Positions 54,564 to 63,860 are shown, counted from the stretch's first letter. The stretch: DNA of 64,000 nt from Desulfurivibrionaceae bacterium (GCA_046537975.1 JBKHJR010000003.1:6677-70676); one strand, 5' to 3'. Notes: generated by a model not told the origin, from the sequence alone. Numbers and translations: made by a program.

Positions 54564-55739
54564 ATGAAGAACATCAGGGATCTTGACATTAAAGGCAAAA
54601 GACTCCTCATCCGGGTCGATTTCAATGTTCCCTTAGACCAGGTCGGCAAGGTAGCTGATGACACCAGGATCCGGGAAGCCCTGCCCACCATCAGGCATGC
54701 CCTCCGGGAAGGGGCCAAAGTAATCATCTGTTCCCATCTTGGCCGCCCCAAGGGCGAACGGAAACCGGAGTTTTCCATGTCTCCGGCAGCTCAGAGGCTG
54801 TCCCAACTCCTGGACAGGGAGGTCAAACTGGCCCCCGACTGCCTCGGGGAAGAGGTGGAAAAGATGGTCTCGGCCCTGGAGGACGGCGGAATAATCCTTC
54901 TGGAAAACCTGCGCTTTTACAAGGAAGAGACCGGCAATGATCCGGAATTTGCCAAGTCCCTGGCCGGACTGACCGATATCTACATAAACGATGCCTTTGC
55001 AGTTTCTCACCGGGCCCATGCCTCGGTGGAAGGGATAACCCATCACGTCCGGGAAGCAGCCGCCGGCTTTCTGCTTCAGAAAGAGATGGATTTCTTCCAT
55101 CGTTCGGTCAGCAATCCGACTCGCCCCCTGACCGCGGTAATCGGCGGCGCCAAGGTTTCAGGCAAACTCGAGGCCCTGAAAAACATGCTGGGGATGGTCG
55201 ATTCCATGATCATCGGCGGAGCCATGGCCAACACCTTCCTTAAAAGCCGGGGGATCGAGGTAGGCAAGTCCCTGGTGGAGGATGATCTCCTGGACACCGC
55301 AGCCTCACTGCTTAAAGAGGCAAAAGAAAAGAAAATCAACCTTTATCTGCCGGTGGACTGTGTGGCGGCGGAACGCTTCGAAGAAGGCTGCGTAAGCAGG
55401 GTCGTTCCGGTGCAGGAAATTCCCCGGGACTGGCTGGCCCTGGATATAGGTCCCGCCACCACCACCCTGTTCTGCAGGGCCCTTGACTCAGCCAGAACCA
55501 TTATCTGGAACGGCCCCATGGGAGCTTTTGAGATGGATGCCTACTCCCGGGGCACCATGGCCCTGGCCCAGCAGACAGCAACTTCCCATGCCCTGAGCGT
55601 GGTGGGAGGCGGAGATACGGTAAGTGCCGTCTATAAGGCGGGCTGGAATGAAGAAATGTCCTACATTTCCACCGGCGGCGGCGCCTTTCTGATGCTGATG
55701 GAGGGCAAAGAGCTGCCGGGAGTGACCGCCCTGAAATAA
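54564..55739 (+). CDS. pgk: phosphoglycerate kinase
   Basis: 391 aa. RVDFNVP, SHLGRPKG and GGGDT motifs. Confidence 0.95.
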   Translation: MKNIRDLDIKGKRLLIRVDFNVPLDQVGKVADDTRIREALPTIRHALREGAKVIICSHLGRPKGERKPEFSMSPAAQRLSQLLDREVKLAPDCLGEEVEKMVSALEDGGIILLENLRFYKEETGNDPEFAKSLAGLTDIYINDAFAVSHRAHASVEGITHHVREAAAGFLLQKEMDFFHRSVSNPTRPLTAVIGGAKVSGKLEALKNMLGMVDSMIIGGAMANTFLKSRGIEVGKSLVEDDLLDTAASLLKEAKEKKINLYLPVDCVAAERFEEGCVSRVVPVQEIPRDWLALDIGPATTTLFCRALDSARTIIWNGPMGAFEMDAYSRGTMALAQQTATSHALSVVGGGDTVSAVYKAGWNEEMSYISTGGGAFLMLMEGKELPGVTALK

Positions 55740-55828
55740 AGCCAGGCCTTCGGGCTGCCGGGCTGAAACTTATACCTCCATCCTGATCCGACAATCTACA
55801 GCCATAATCCCTGAATAAGGAGACCCCC

Positions 55829-56584
55829 ATGAAGCGCAGACCACTCATTGCCGGCAACTGGAAGATGAACACCAGCCTCGAGGAGGCGGAGAAGCTGTGC
55901 AAAAGCATCGTTAAACCCGGAATCCCCGAGGACCGGGATGTCATGCTGGCCCCCCCCTTCACCCACTTAACCACGGTGGCCTTCTGTATTTCCGGATCCC
56001 CTCTTCTGTTGGCCGGGCAGAATGTCTGCTGGGAGGAAAGCGGGGCCTACACCGGAGAGATCTCTCCGCCCATGCTCAAGGAAACCGGCTGCCGGATGGC
56101 CATCGTGGGGCACTCCGAAAGGAGGCAGTTGTTTGGGGAAGACAACGCCATGATAAACAAAAGACTTAAAGGCGCCCTGGCCCATGGCCTGATTCCCATC
56201 CTCTGCGTAGGCGAGACCCTGGAGGAACGGGAAGGAGGAACCACTTTCAAGGTCCTGAAAAAACAGATCCGGGAAGGTCTCCGGGAGGCGGAACCGGCAA
56301 GCGGCGAGGAAATCGTCCTGGCCTACGAGCCGGTCTGGGCCATAGGCACGGGCAGAACGGCAACCGTGGAACAGGCCGGGGAAGTACATACTTTCATTCG
56401 CAAACTCCTGGCCGAGATATACGAGAAAAATATTGCCGACAAAATAAGAATATTGTATGGTGGTTCAGTTAAGCCTGACAACATTAACGAACTGATGTCC
56501 TTTGAAGAAATAGACGGAGCGCTGGTAGGGGGAGCATCCCTGAAAAGCGAAACATTCAACCGGATCATAAATTTTCAATACTAA
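55829..56584 (+). CDS. tpiA: triosephosphate isomerase
   Basis: 251 aa. AGNWKMN, VGHSERR, AYEPVWAIGTG and GGASL motifs. Confidence 0.95.
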   Translation: MKRRPLIAGNWKMNTSLEEAEKLCKSIVKPGIPEDRDVMLAPPFTHLTTVAFCISGSPLLLAGQNVCWEESGAYTGEISPPMLKETGCRMAIVGHSERRQLFGEDNAMINKRLKGALAHGLIPILCVGETLEEREGGTTFKVLKKQIREGLREAEPASGEEIVLAYEPVWAIGTGRTATVEQAGEVHTFIRKLLAEIYEKNIADKIRILYGGSVKPDNINELMSFEEIDGALVGGASLKSETFNRIINFQY

Positions 56585-56989
56585 ATGACAACCATACTCG
56601 TAATAATACATATTATAGTCAGCCTCTTCCTGGTGGGAATCGTTCTTCTGCAGCAGGGAAAAGGGGCCAGTGTCGGAGCCACCCTGGGCGGCGCCGGAGG
56701 CAGCCAGACCATGTTCGGCTCGGAAGGTCCCATGCCTTTGATGAACAAAATAACCACCGGTGCAGCCATAATCTTCATGGCAACTTCCATATCCCTGGCC
56801 TACATCTCCGCCCATAAAAGCGGCTCTTCCGTGATGCAGGATGTGGAAAAAGAGCAGGGGGCCGGGCCCACCATAGAGAGAGGACTGGAAACAGTCCCCG
56901 AAGAATCATCTGAATCTGCAGATCCGGCTAAGGATGAAGCCGATCAGGAAGACTCATCGTCCGTTCCGGATTTCCCCCTTGACAATTAG
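56585..56989 (+). CDS. secG: preprotein translocase subunit SecG with acidic C-terminal extension
   Basis: 134 aa. N-terminus VSLFLVGIVLLQQGKGASVGATLGGAGGSQTMFG is typical SecG. Conserved tpiA-secG-tRNA-Leu synteny. Confidence 0.88.
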   Translation: MTTILVIIHIIVSLFLVGIVLLQQGKGASVGATLGGAGGSQTMFGSEGPMPLMNKITTGAAIIFMATSISLAYISAHKSGSSVMQDVEKEQGAGPTIERGLETVPEESSESADPAKDEADQEDSSSVPDFPLDN

Positions 56990-57040
56990 CCCGGACACAG
57001 GAAAAACAGACACCGCATAAAAGATCACAAGTTCAAGGTT

Positions 57041-57125
57041 GCCGAAGTGGTGGAATTGGTAGACACGCTGTCTTGAGGGGGCAGTGGGGAAACCCGTGCC
57101 GGTTCAAATCCGGCCTTCGGCACCA
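57041..57125 (+). tRNA. tRNA-Leu (anticodon GAG), long variable arm, encoded CCA
   Basis: GCCGAAGTGGTGGAATTGGTAGACAC... with anticodon stem-loop CTGTC-TTGAGGG-GGCAG, a variable arm and T-arm CCGGTTCAAATCCGG. Confidence 0.88.
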
Positions 57126-57456
57126 AAAATACATCCGGGAACTTCCACAAAGTTCCAGCAAGCCCGCATCCGGCAACGGACAGTGGGCTTTTTCTTTTCC
57201 CCTGCCTTCCAGTAAATTCCATTGACATCCGGGTATAAAAGCGGGTATAAAATAGGGTACGTGGTTAAGGACACGAATACCCGCTAAGGATTTCAACTTC
57301 ACCATCCTTTAATTTACCTTTTTCAAGCTGTTATCCGATAATTTATTCTTCCAGGATAATGGTGAAGAACGATACATCCTCAACTCTCAAGAGGTTCATT
57401 ATCAATGAAGCGGGTATAAATAAGAGGAACCTAATACCCACTATGGAGGACATTAA

Positions 57457-58692
57457 ATGTCCAAGCTCACTGCCGCCCACATCCGCAACGCAAAAACCCA
57501 GGATAAGAACTATAAGCTTTCGGACGGTCACGGGCTATACTTCCATGTTGCCAAATCCGGCAAGAAGACCTGGAGGTATCGCTTCAAGATAAGCGGCAAG
57601 GAGTCCACTTTTAATCTTGGGGAATATCCTCAGATGTCCCTTGAGCAGGCCAGGGCCGCCCGCATGGAGGCCAGAGAACTTGTCAAACAGGGAATTAACC
57701 CTTCTCAGAAACGCAGAGAGGAAAAACAGACTCTCATTGAAGAGGAACAGGCAAACCGGGAAAACAAGAAAAACACCTTCGCCTTTATCGCCATGGAATG
57801 GATCGGCCAGCAGCAGGAACGGTGGAGCCGGGACCATGCCAACGCTGTCCTGGCCACCCTGAAAGCCGACGCCTTCCCTCTTATTGGCCACCATCCTGTT
57901 GACACCATAAGCCCACCCATGGTCCTGAATGTCCTCAGGCGCATTGAGAACAGAGGAGCCCTGGAGATCGCCTCCAAGGTGCTGCAAAGGATGAACGCTG
58001 TTTTCCGTTACTCCGTCCAGACCGGCCGGGCGACCTATAACCCGGCTGCCGACATGCGGGGAGTGCTCAAAAAGCGCAAGGTCAACCACCGGCCTGCCAT
58101 TTCCAGAGAGGATTTACCTCAGTTCCTGAAAGACCTTTCCCAGGGGGACATCCACACCACCACCAAGCTTGCCCTCCAGTTTGTTATACTGACAGCCACC
58201 AGAAGCGGAGAGGTCCGGGGAGCTACCTGGGACGAAATAAACCTGAAAGAAAAGACCTGGAAAATTCCTGCCGACCGGATGAAGATGGAAACCCCGCATA
58301 CTGTACCCTTGTCACGGCAAACCTCAGCAATTCTTGAACGAGTTGGTCGTCTTTACGGCCAAAAGGGTTACCTCTTCCCCGGTATCAGTGATCATGACAA
58401 GCCCCTGTCGGAAAATACAATGCTGTATGCCATGTACCGGATAGGTTATCACGGCAAGGGGACGGTTCACGGCTTCCGGGCCACTTTTTCCACCATTGCC
58501 AATGAGTCAGGTTTTAACAGTGACGTGATTGAAAAGGCCCTTGCCCATGAAGAGAGAAACAGGGTCCGGGCCGCCTATCACCGAAGCGAATACCTGGAGC
58601 AGCGCCGGGAACTGATGCAATGGTGGGCAGATCTGCTGGATCAGCTTGAGCATGGCGCTGAAATTGTCCCTATTAGAGAACAAATTAATTAA
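57457..58692 (+). CDS. int: P4-type tyrosine integrase (DUF4102 N-terminal arm-binding domain)
   Basis: 411 aa. N-terminus LTAAHIRNAKTQDKNYKLSDGHGLYFHVAKSGKKTWRYRF. Catalytic residues in TATRSGE, HGFRATF and AYHRSEY. Confidence 0.92.
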   Translation: MSKLTAAHIRNAKTQDKNYKLSDGHGLYFHVAKSGKKTWRYRFKISGKESTFNLGEYPQMSLEQARAARMEARELVKQGINPSQKRREEKQTLIEEEQANRENKKNTFAFIAMEWIGQQQERWSRDHANAVLATLKADAFPLIGHHPVDTISPPMVLNVLRRIENRGALEIASKVLQRMNAVFRYSVQTGRATYNPAADMRGVLKKRKVNHRPAISREDLPQFLKDLSQGDIHTTTKLALQFVILTATRSGEVRGATWDEINLKEKTWKIPADRMKMETPHTVPLSRQTSAILERVGRLYGQKGYLFPGISDHDKPLSENTMLYAMYRIGYHGKGTVHGFRATFSTIANESGFNSDVIEKALAHEERNRVRAAYHRSEYLEQRRELMQWWADLLDQLEHGAEIVPIREQIN

Positions 58693-58740
58693 ATAGAGTT
58701 CACCAAGAAGAATAGCTTTTTTGCCAATAAGGAAAATAGT

Positions 58741-59409
58741 ATGCAGGATGAATACATACCTCTTGAAGAGGCTGCAAAGATGACAGGCCGGGATGAACAG
58801 CAGTTGCTCCGAGGCGCACTGAATGACAACTATAATTTATATCAATTTCAAGATTCACTTACTCTTACCTCTTGTGGCTGGATAAAGGTCCCTTTAAAAG
58901 GAATTGCGAAGATTTATACAGGAGCTTGGGAAGCAAAAGCCCCTGTATATACAAAAGATTCAGAAGGTAACTTTGTTATGGATTATGAGTTGGTTGAATT
59001 GGAATACCCTCATATATCCGATGAATCTCCTTATAAAGAAACAGATATTACCTGGAATAGGAGATCACTGCACCTTAACCTGGAAGATATAAAAAGAATC
59101 AAGAGAGAAACTTTGATGGATGGTCTTCACTCTTCCAGATCAGAATCACAGACGGACAATACCCCGCCTGTTTCTATAAATTATGAACTTATGAAGGTCC
59201 ATGTATATGAACCAGAGGAGTTGATAATCGGTGTAGAGGCTTGGAATGCACTATATGGAGACGAGCATCCAGATGGTGTGAAAATTAGAAAACCCGACAT
59301 AAGTAAATGGTTGCATAATAACTATCCTCATTTAGGTAATGAAACTGTTAAGAGAATAGCGACTGTTGTCAATCCCTTTAAGAAGGGAGGTGCAACCCGT
59401 TCCGACTAA
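58741..59409 (+). CDS. hypothetical island protein (possible N-terminal HTH)
   Basis: 222-aa ORF in an AT-rich segment. N-terminal IPLEEAAKMTGRDEQQLL resembles an excisionase/MerR-type HTH. No family recognised. Confidence 0.5.
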   Translation: MQDEYIPLEEAAKMTGRDEQQLLRGALNDNYNLYQFQDSLTLTSCGWIKVPLKGIAKIYTGAWEAKAPVYTKDSEGNFVMDYELVELEYPHISDESPYKETDITWNRRSLHLNLEDIKRIKRETLMDGLHSSRSESQTDNTPPVSINYELMKVHVYEPEELIIGVEAWNALYGDEHPDGVKIRKPDISKWLHNNYPHLGNETVKRIATVVNPFKKGGATRSD

Positions 59410-59586
59410 TTTTTTGAAATCAAACTCACCCACCAATTAACTGATTAATATAACAATAAAAAATAACAACCACCCCACCGGTTCCAAAAACCGTTTTCTG
59501 AACCTACCTACCTATTTTTTCTAAATTTTTATTTTTATAGTCCCTCCAGATCCACGGCAAACCTTAACCGTTCATGGAGGCAATGT

Positions 59587-59808
59587 ATGACTAAGAAATA
59601 TAACAACACCGATAGCAGACTAATAAGGCTGCCTGAAGTCGAACACAAGATTGGTTACAAAAAGTCAAAAATTTACAATATGATCAAACAAGGACTCTTT
59701 CCTTCTCCCGTTGAAATAGGTCCAAGAGCCCGTGCCTGGATTGAGGCAGAGGTGGTGGAATGGATAAACACTCGCCCCCGAGCCGGGAAAGTTGAGGAAG
59801 TGAGGTAA
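59587..59808 (+). CDS. alpA: AlpA-family phage transcriptional regulator / excisionase
   Basis: 73 aa. RLIRLPEVEHKIGYKKSKIYNMIKQGLFPSPVEIGPRARAWIEAEVVEWI is a typical AlpA/Phage_AlpA HTH. Confidence 0.88.
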   Translation: MTKKYNNTDSRLIRLPEVEHKIGYKKSKIYNMIKQGLFPSPVEIGPRARAWIEAEVVEWINTRPRAGKVEEVR

Positions 59809-59854
59809 TGTTTGAGATCAACAAAGAAGGCCGCGATCCGGGCAGGGAGGGATC

Positions 59855-61624
59855 ATGGAATTGAGTAAGGAAACCCCGGCAGCGAGCGGCAAACCGGGGC
59901 AGGACAAAAATATATCTACTTATTATTTTAACCCCTTCGACCCTGCAAGTCAAGCGCAGACCATCCATTCAGCACTTGGCGGCAGGAAAAACCAGGACGG
60001 ATCTTTTCATTGTCATTGCCCGGCACATGCCGACCGGAACCCCTCCCTGCACGTCTCCATCAAAGGCGATAAGCTGCTTGTGAATTGCCTGGCAGGTTGC
60101 AACCAGGAGGCCGTTATCCGGGCCCTCAAAGACCGCAATTTGTGGCCGACAGGCGATAACCGGGCCAATAGCTCTGACTCCTCCCCTCTTCCTCCCGGAC
60201 CTCCCGGAATACCTCAAAAGTGGTACAAAGCCCAATACGTAGCACACTGGACCTACCGTGACAAACAAGGGCAAGTAATAGGGCATGTTGTCCGGTTTGA
60301 AGACCCGGACGGTAAGCAGGTCATTCCATTTTTTAAACAGGACAGCGGCGGCAAATGGAAGGCTGGAGCAGCAGAGCAGCCCAGGCCGCTTTATGGGCTT
60401 CACAAGCTGGCGGGAAGCTCAATCGACATGCCTGTGCTAATTGTTGAAGGCGAAAAGGTCGCCGATGCCGCTGCGCGGCTCCTGCCGGATTATGTATGTA
60501 TAACCTGGCCAGGCGGCTCAAAAGCAGCCAGTAAGGCTGATTGGAGCTCCCTGCAGCAAAGAGACAAAATTTATATCTGTCCCGATGCTGATGACCCCGG
60601 GCTCAAGGTAGCCCGGGAAATCTCACAACTTTGCTTTAACCAACAAAAAGAACGAAAGTACGATCTCAAGACGATAAAACCGCCCAGGGTGATAAAGCCA
60701 CCCGAAAACGTGGCGGAAGGCTGGGACCTGGCCGACGCAAAGACGGAAGGCTGGACCGGGGATCAGGTCAAGGAGTTGATCGGACAAGCCGGAGCGGGCG
60801 GGAAGGAATCATCTATCCCAGCCGGGATTACCGGGTCGGAGCTTCTGCAAAAAGAATTTCCCGAGCCACGATGGGCGGTAAAGGGAATCCTACCAGAAGG
60901 CTTAAATATCCTCGCGGGCAAACCGAAACAGGGTAAATCAATAATATCAGCCAATCTTGCTATCGCTATCACTCTTGGAGGAAAATCCCTGGGAAGTATC
61001 CCAGTTGACCAGGGAGCAGTCGTTTACCTGGCCCTGGAGGATACCCCAAGGCGTCTTAAGTCACGTATACAACAGATGATGACGTATAGCGAAGGGAGGT
61101 TGGACGGCCTCACCTTATTCACGGAATGGCCGCGTATGGGAAATGGCGGCGTATCAGCCCTGGATAATCTCATTCAAAAGACCGATAACCTCCGGCTTGT
61201 CATCATAGATACTTTGGCCCTGTTTAAGCCGGTATCCGGTAATGGTAACAGTAATTTGTACGCGGATGATTACGCGGTTGTAAGCCGGATTAAGAAACTG
61301 GCCGATAAACATGGTATCTCCATTCTATTGATACACCACCTTAGAAAAATGGCCTCTGACGACGTATTCGATACGTTCAGTGGAACCTTAGGCTTGACCG
61401 GGGCGGCAGACGGCTTGCTTGCTCTCACCAAGAAGGGAACCCATTCAGTATTGCATATCACTGGCCGAGATGTCGAACCGGCAGAGATGGCCCTTGAGTT
61501 CAATACCAAATTGTTATCCTGGCGGTTGCTGGGTGATGCCGGGGAAGTACAGACGACCAAAAATAAACAGTTGATATTCGATGCCCTCAAAGCAGCAGAA
61601 GGCCCCTCGGTCCGAAGGAAATAA
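59855..61624 (+). CDS. primase-helicase-type replication protein (Zn-finger/toprim-like N-terminus + RepA/AAA_25-like ATPase); 3' end apparently frameshifted
   Basis: 589 aa. CHCPAHADRNPSLHV zinc motif, VLIVEGEKVADAA (toprim-like), Walker A GKPKQGKS, Walker B-like LVIIDTL. The ORF ends at 61624, but a wHTH-like continuation lies in the -1 frame. Confidence 0.8.
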   Translation: MELSKETPAASGKPGQDKNISTYYFNPFDPASQAQTIHSALGGRKNQDGSFHCHCPAHADRNPSLHVSIKGDKLLVNCLAGCNQEAVIRALKDRNLWPTGDNRANSSDSSPLPPGPPGIPQKWYKAQYVAHWTYRDKQGQVIGHVVRFEDPDGKQVIPFFKQDSGGKWKAGAAEQPRPLYGLHKLAGSSIDMPVLIVEGEKVADAAARLLPDYVCITWPGGSKAASKADWSSLQQRDKIYICPDADDPGLKVAREISQLCFNQQKERKYDLKTIKPPRVIKPPENVAEGWDLADAKTEGWTGDQVKELIGQAGAGGKESSIPAGITGSELLQKEFPEPRWAVKGILPEGLNILAGKPKQGKSIISANLAIAITLGGKSLGSIPVDQGAVVYLALEDTPRRLKSRIQQMMTYSEGRLDGLTLFTEWPRMGNGGVSALDNLIQKTDNLRLVIIDTLALFKPVSGNGNSNLYADDYAVVSRIKKLADKHGISILLIHHLRKMASDDVFDTFSGTLGLTGAADGLLALTKKGTHSVLHITGRDVEPAEMALEFNTKLLSWRLLGDAGEVQTTKNKQLIFDALKAAEGPSVRRK

Positions 61625-61941
61625 CTGAGATTACAGGACTGAAAAGCGGGTACATACGAAAGACACTACCATACCTTGCCAAGGAAGGGAGTATCAGGAA
61701 GGAAGACCGGGGTAAGTATACATATAGTGGGAACAATGGGAACATTGGGTACAAAGAGAACAACGGGAACAATGGGTACAACAGCCAAGAAAAAAGAGAT
61801 TGTTCCCATAACCTGGCAGATGTTCCCTTGGATGGGTACAACCGTGAGGCCAGTCATGGCAAGGATTCAGGGGTATTTGTACCCAATGTACCCGATGTTC
61901 CCAATGAGGAAGAAGAAGAATACACGGAGATTATAATATGA
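61567..61941 (+). pseudogene. -1-frame continuation of the primase-helicase gene (wHTH-like segment + Asn/Gly-rich tail), no own start codon
   Basis: Hand translation of the frame with codon starts at 61567+3n: ...PLGPKEITEITGLKSGYIRKTLPYLAKEGSIRKEDRGKYTYSGNNGNIGYKENNGNNGYN...VPNVPDVPNEEEEEYTEIII*. That is 124 stop-free codons. Its TGA (61939-61941) overlaps the ATG of the next gene (ATGA). The junction is at a C4 run, 61603-61606. Confidence 0.55.
61729..61902. repeat. iteron-like array: six tandem 9-mers GGGWACAAN, dispersed and tandem inverted copies TGTWCCC
   Basis: GGGAACAAT GGGAACATT GGGTACAAA GAGAACAAC GGGAACAAT GGGTACAAC (61729-61782). TGTTCCC at 61801 and 61821, GGGTACA at 61834. 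TGTACCCAA TGTACCCGA TGTTCCCAA at 61878-61904. Confidence 0.8.
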
Positions 61942-62279
61942 CCCCGGCGGAAGTTATCGAAGAAGCCAAGAAGGATAAAGTTTTGATTACCTTGGCTGAT
62001 GGAGGGATAAAACTTGCCGGGCCGACAGCCAAAGTTAAACAGTGGAGTCAGGTTATTGCGGAGCATAAGGCTGAGATTGTCTCACTGTTATCTGATGAGG
62101 TGGAGGTAGTGGAACAAGTTGTGCCACGACCTGCGGAGATCCCTGGTTGGTGCAACCCGAATTGTTCCTGCTTTGAAGAAATAGTAGGAATTGGTCCCGG
62201 TTGCGTTCAGGATCATGGCGATATGGAGCAATGGCGGCGGCTGGATCTCTTGCCCAGCTGCCTGGAGGTGAAACGATGA
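61938..62279 (+). CDS. hypothetical island protein (TubC_N-like N-terminal segment, Cys-rich C-terminus)
   Basis: 113 aa. MTPAEVIEEAKKDKVLITLADGGIKLAGPTAKVKQWSQVIAEHKAEIVSLL resembles the small docking-type domain common in phage/island proteins. CNPNCSCF...GPGC cysteine cluster. Confidence 0.55.
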   Translation: MTPAEVIEEAKKDKVLITLADGGIKLAGPTAKVKQWSQVIAEHKAEIVSLLSDEVEVVEQVVPRPAEIPGWCNPNCSCFEEIVGIGPGCVQDHGDMEQWRRLDLLPSCLEVKR

Positions 62280-62470
62280 CCTTGGCCGACCTCAGAATTA
62301 CTACCAAAGATCGCCCAAAGAAAGTTTTAAAATGTTGGGATTATGTTGGGATTATGTTGGGATTTTTTTTAGTTAAAAAATTAATCAAAAAAGATTACTT
62401 TAGTCTACTTGCTACAAAGATTAAATTAGTTATATCAATAACTTACCTCCTGCAAATAGGAAAGGGGTAA
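62276..62470 (+). CDS. possible small ORF (64 aa), doubtful
   Basis: ATG at 62276 overlaps the previous stop (ATGA). Most of the ORF runs through the 11-mer repeat array and AT-rich DNA. Confidence 0.2.
   Translation: MTLADLRITTKDRPKKVLKCWDYVGIMLGFFLVKKLIKKDYFSLLATKIKLVISITYLLQIGKG
62332..62364 (+). repeat. three perfect tandem 11-mers ATGTTGGGATT, plus an inverted near-copy at 62499-62510
   Basis: ATGTTGGGATT x3 at 62332, 62343 and 62354, followed by a T8 run. AATTCCCAACAT at 62499-62510 is the reverse complement of ATGTTGGGAATT. Confidence 0.8.
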
Positions 62471-62815
62471 ACTCGCCCCTTGGTATAAAATTACTAAGAA
62501 TTCCCAACATTTCGAGTTACTCGCTGGTGAGTTTAAACGCATGTATGTCAATATGGCCATTGAGAACCGATCCAGTTCTCCACGCGCGTAGAAGGATGTC
62601 AGGCGATGTCGGATACCTTTTCTTTACCCAGCGCCTTCTTCCCATCAACAACAATAATTCCTTCCATCAAAAATGATCGTCATTAAAGCAATTTTGCTTG
62701 CATTCTCAATAAACTATGTTTCTACCAGGAGCCCCGAATTTTCGTTCAGTTTAGTGAGAAAAATTCTTGCATAGACTGTCAGATGGTGTAAGTCTTTATA
62801 TTAAAAGAGTTTATT

Positions 62816-63430
62816 ATGTCAGACACTAAAAAGATACCACGACACCCTAATTTCGAGCCCGTCTTTCGGGCAGTAAGAGCTGGACAATTACCCATTACAG
62901 CTATTTCCAGACAGCACAATGTCTCCCGTGATACCGTTCACCGCTGGATTAAAGAGTATGGACTGAAACGGGATCTCAGTGATCATGTAAAATCTGCCAT
63001 CAATGCCGAGGTTACCAACGCCATTCAGATAACCGATGGTCAACCGTCGGATCAATCTCAACAGGGCCTACAGCAACAGGAAAGATTGGCAATAAAAGAG
63101 GCTGCCGAGCTGGGGATGCAAGTTATTCTCTCCCACCGTAAGGACATAAGGAAAGCCAGGAACATGACCGAGCTACTCCTGTCCCAGCTCCATGAAGCAG
63201 CTCTTTACCGGGGCGAGATCGAAGCGGATATCGAAGAGACCGCCGATGACAAGCGCAGATACAACCGCATGATGAAGGCCGTCTCTCTTCCAGGACATTC
63301 CGGGGTGCTTCGGGATCTGTCCATGGCCCTCAAAAATCTCATACCTCTTGAAAGACAGGCGTTCGGCCTGGAAGAAACTCCGGAGCCGGATGAACCAGAT
63401 GCCATAATAATAGTAGATCAGAGTTGTTGA
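62816..63430 (+). CDS. HTH-domain island protein (small-terminase-like or regulator)
   Basis: 204 aa. N-terminal HTH (LPITAISRQHNVSRDTVHRWIKEYGLKRDL), then a coiled/acidic region. The resemblance to phage small terminase subunits is from memory only. Confidence 0.4.
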   Translation: MSDTKKIPRHPNFEPVFRAVRAGQLPITAISRQHNVSRDTVHRWIKEYGLKRDLSDHVKSAINAEVTNAIQITDGQPSDQSQQGLQQQERLAIKEAAELGMQVILSHRKDIRKARNMTELLLSQLHEAALYRGEIEADIEETADDKRRYNRMMKAVSLPGHSGVLRDLSMALKNLIPLERQAFGLEETPEPDEPDAIIIVDQSC

Positions 63431-63860
63431 TCCGATCAACGTTATGCTGAGAAACAGAACCTGCTTTACTCAACACCCTCTTGCAAGACACATTGATAGT
63501 AATTTGAAATTTATGAGAAAATAGAAGGGTAGGCAGCTTTTTAACAAATCTAAGTAGTCGATCCTGAAAAATCCAATTTTCAGTCTGTCATAACAGGTTC
63601 CCATGACGGGATAACCTGAAAGTTTTGCCGTAAAAAATTGCGTATGAGTAAAAGGGAATAAGAAAGGGTCTATCCGGATTTCCCAAAATATTAATTGATG
63701 GCACCTAAACCTGCACAGATTCCGGCAAAAATTCGTGCATTATAAAATTGCAGTCAATAGTCTATGCCATGAGGACTCCTGGCCTGCCAGCTATTTGGGA
63801 GTTTCGGATATAGCCAAACAAATTATATACTTCTACTGTGTCAAATAATTGGAGAACAAA

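Noticed and set aside
61676-61936. 86-aa ORF with GTMGTLGT... repeats
   Set aside because: It is the third reading frame through the 9-bp iteron array. The repeat-derived peptide is an artefact of DNA periodicity. The frame that continues the primase gene and couples to the next gene by ATGA is a different one (61567-61941).
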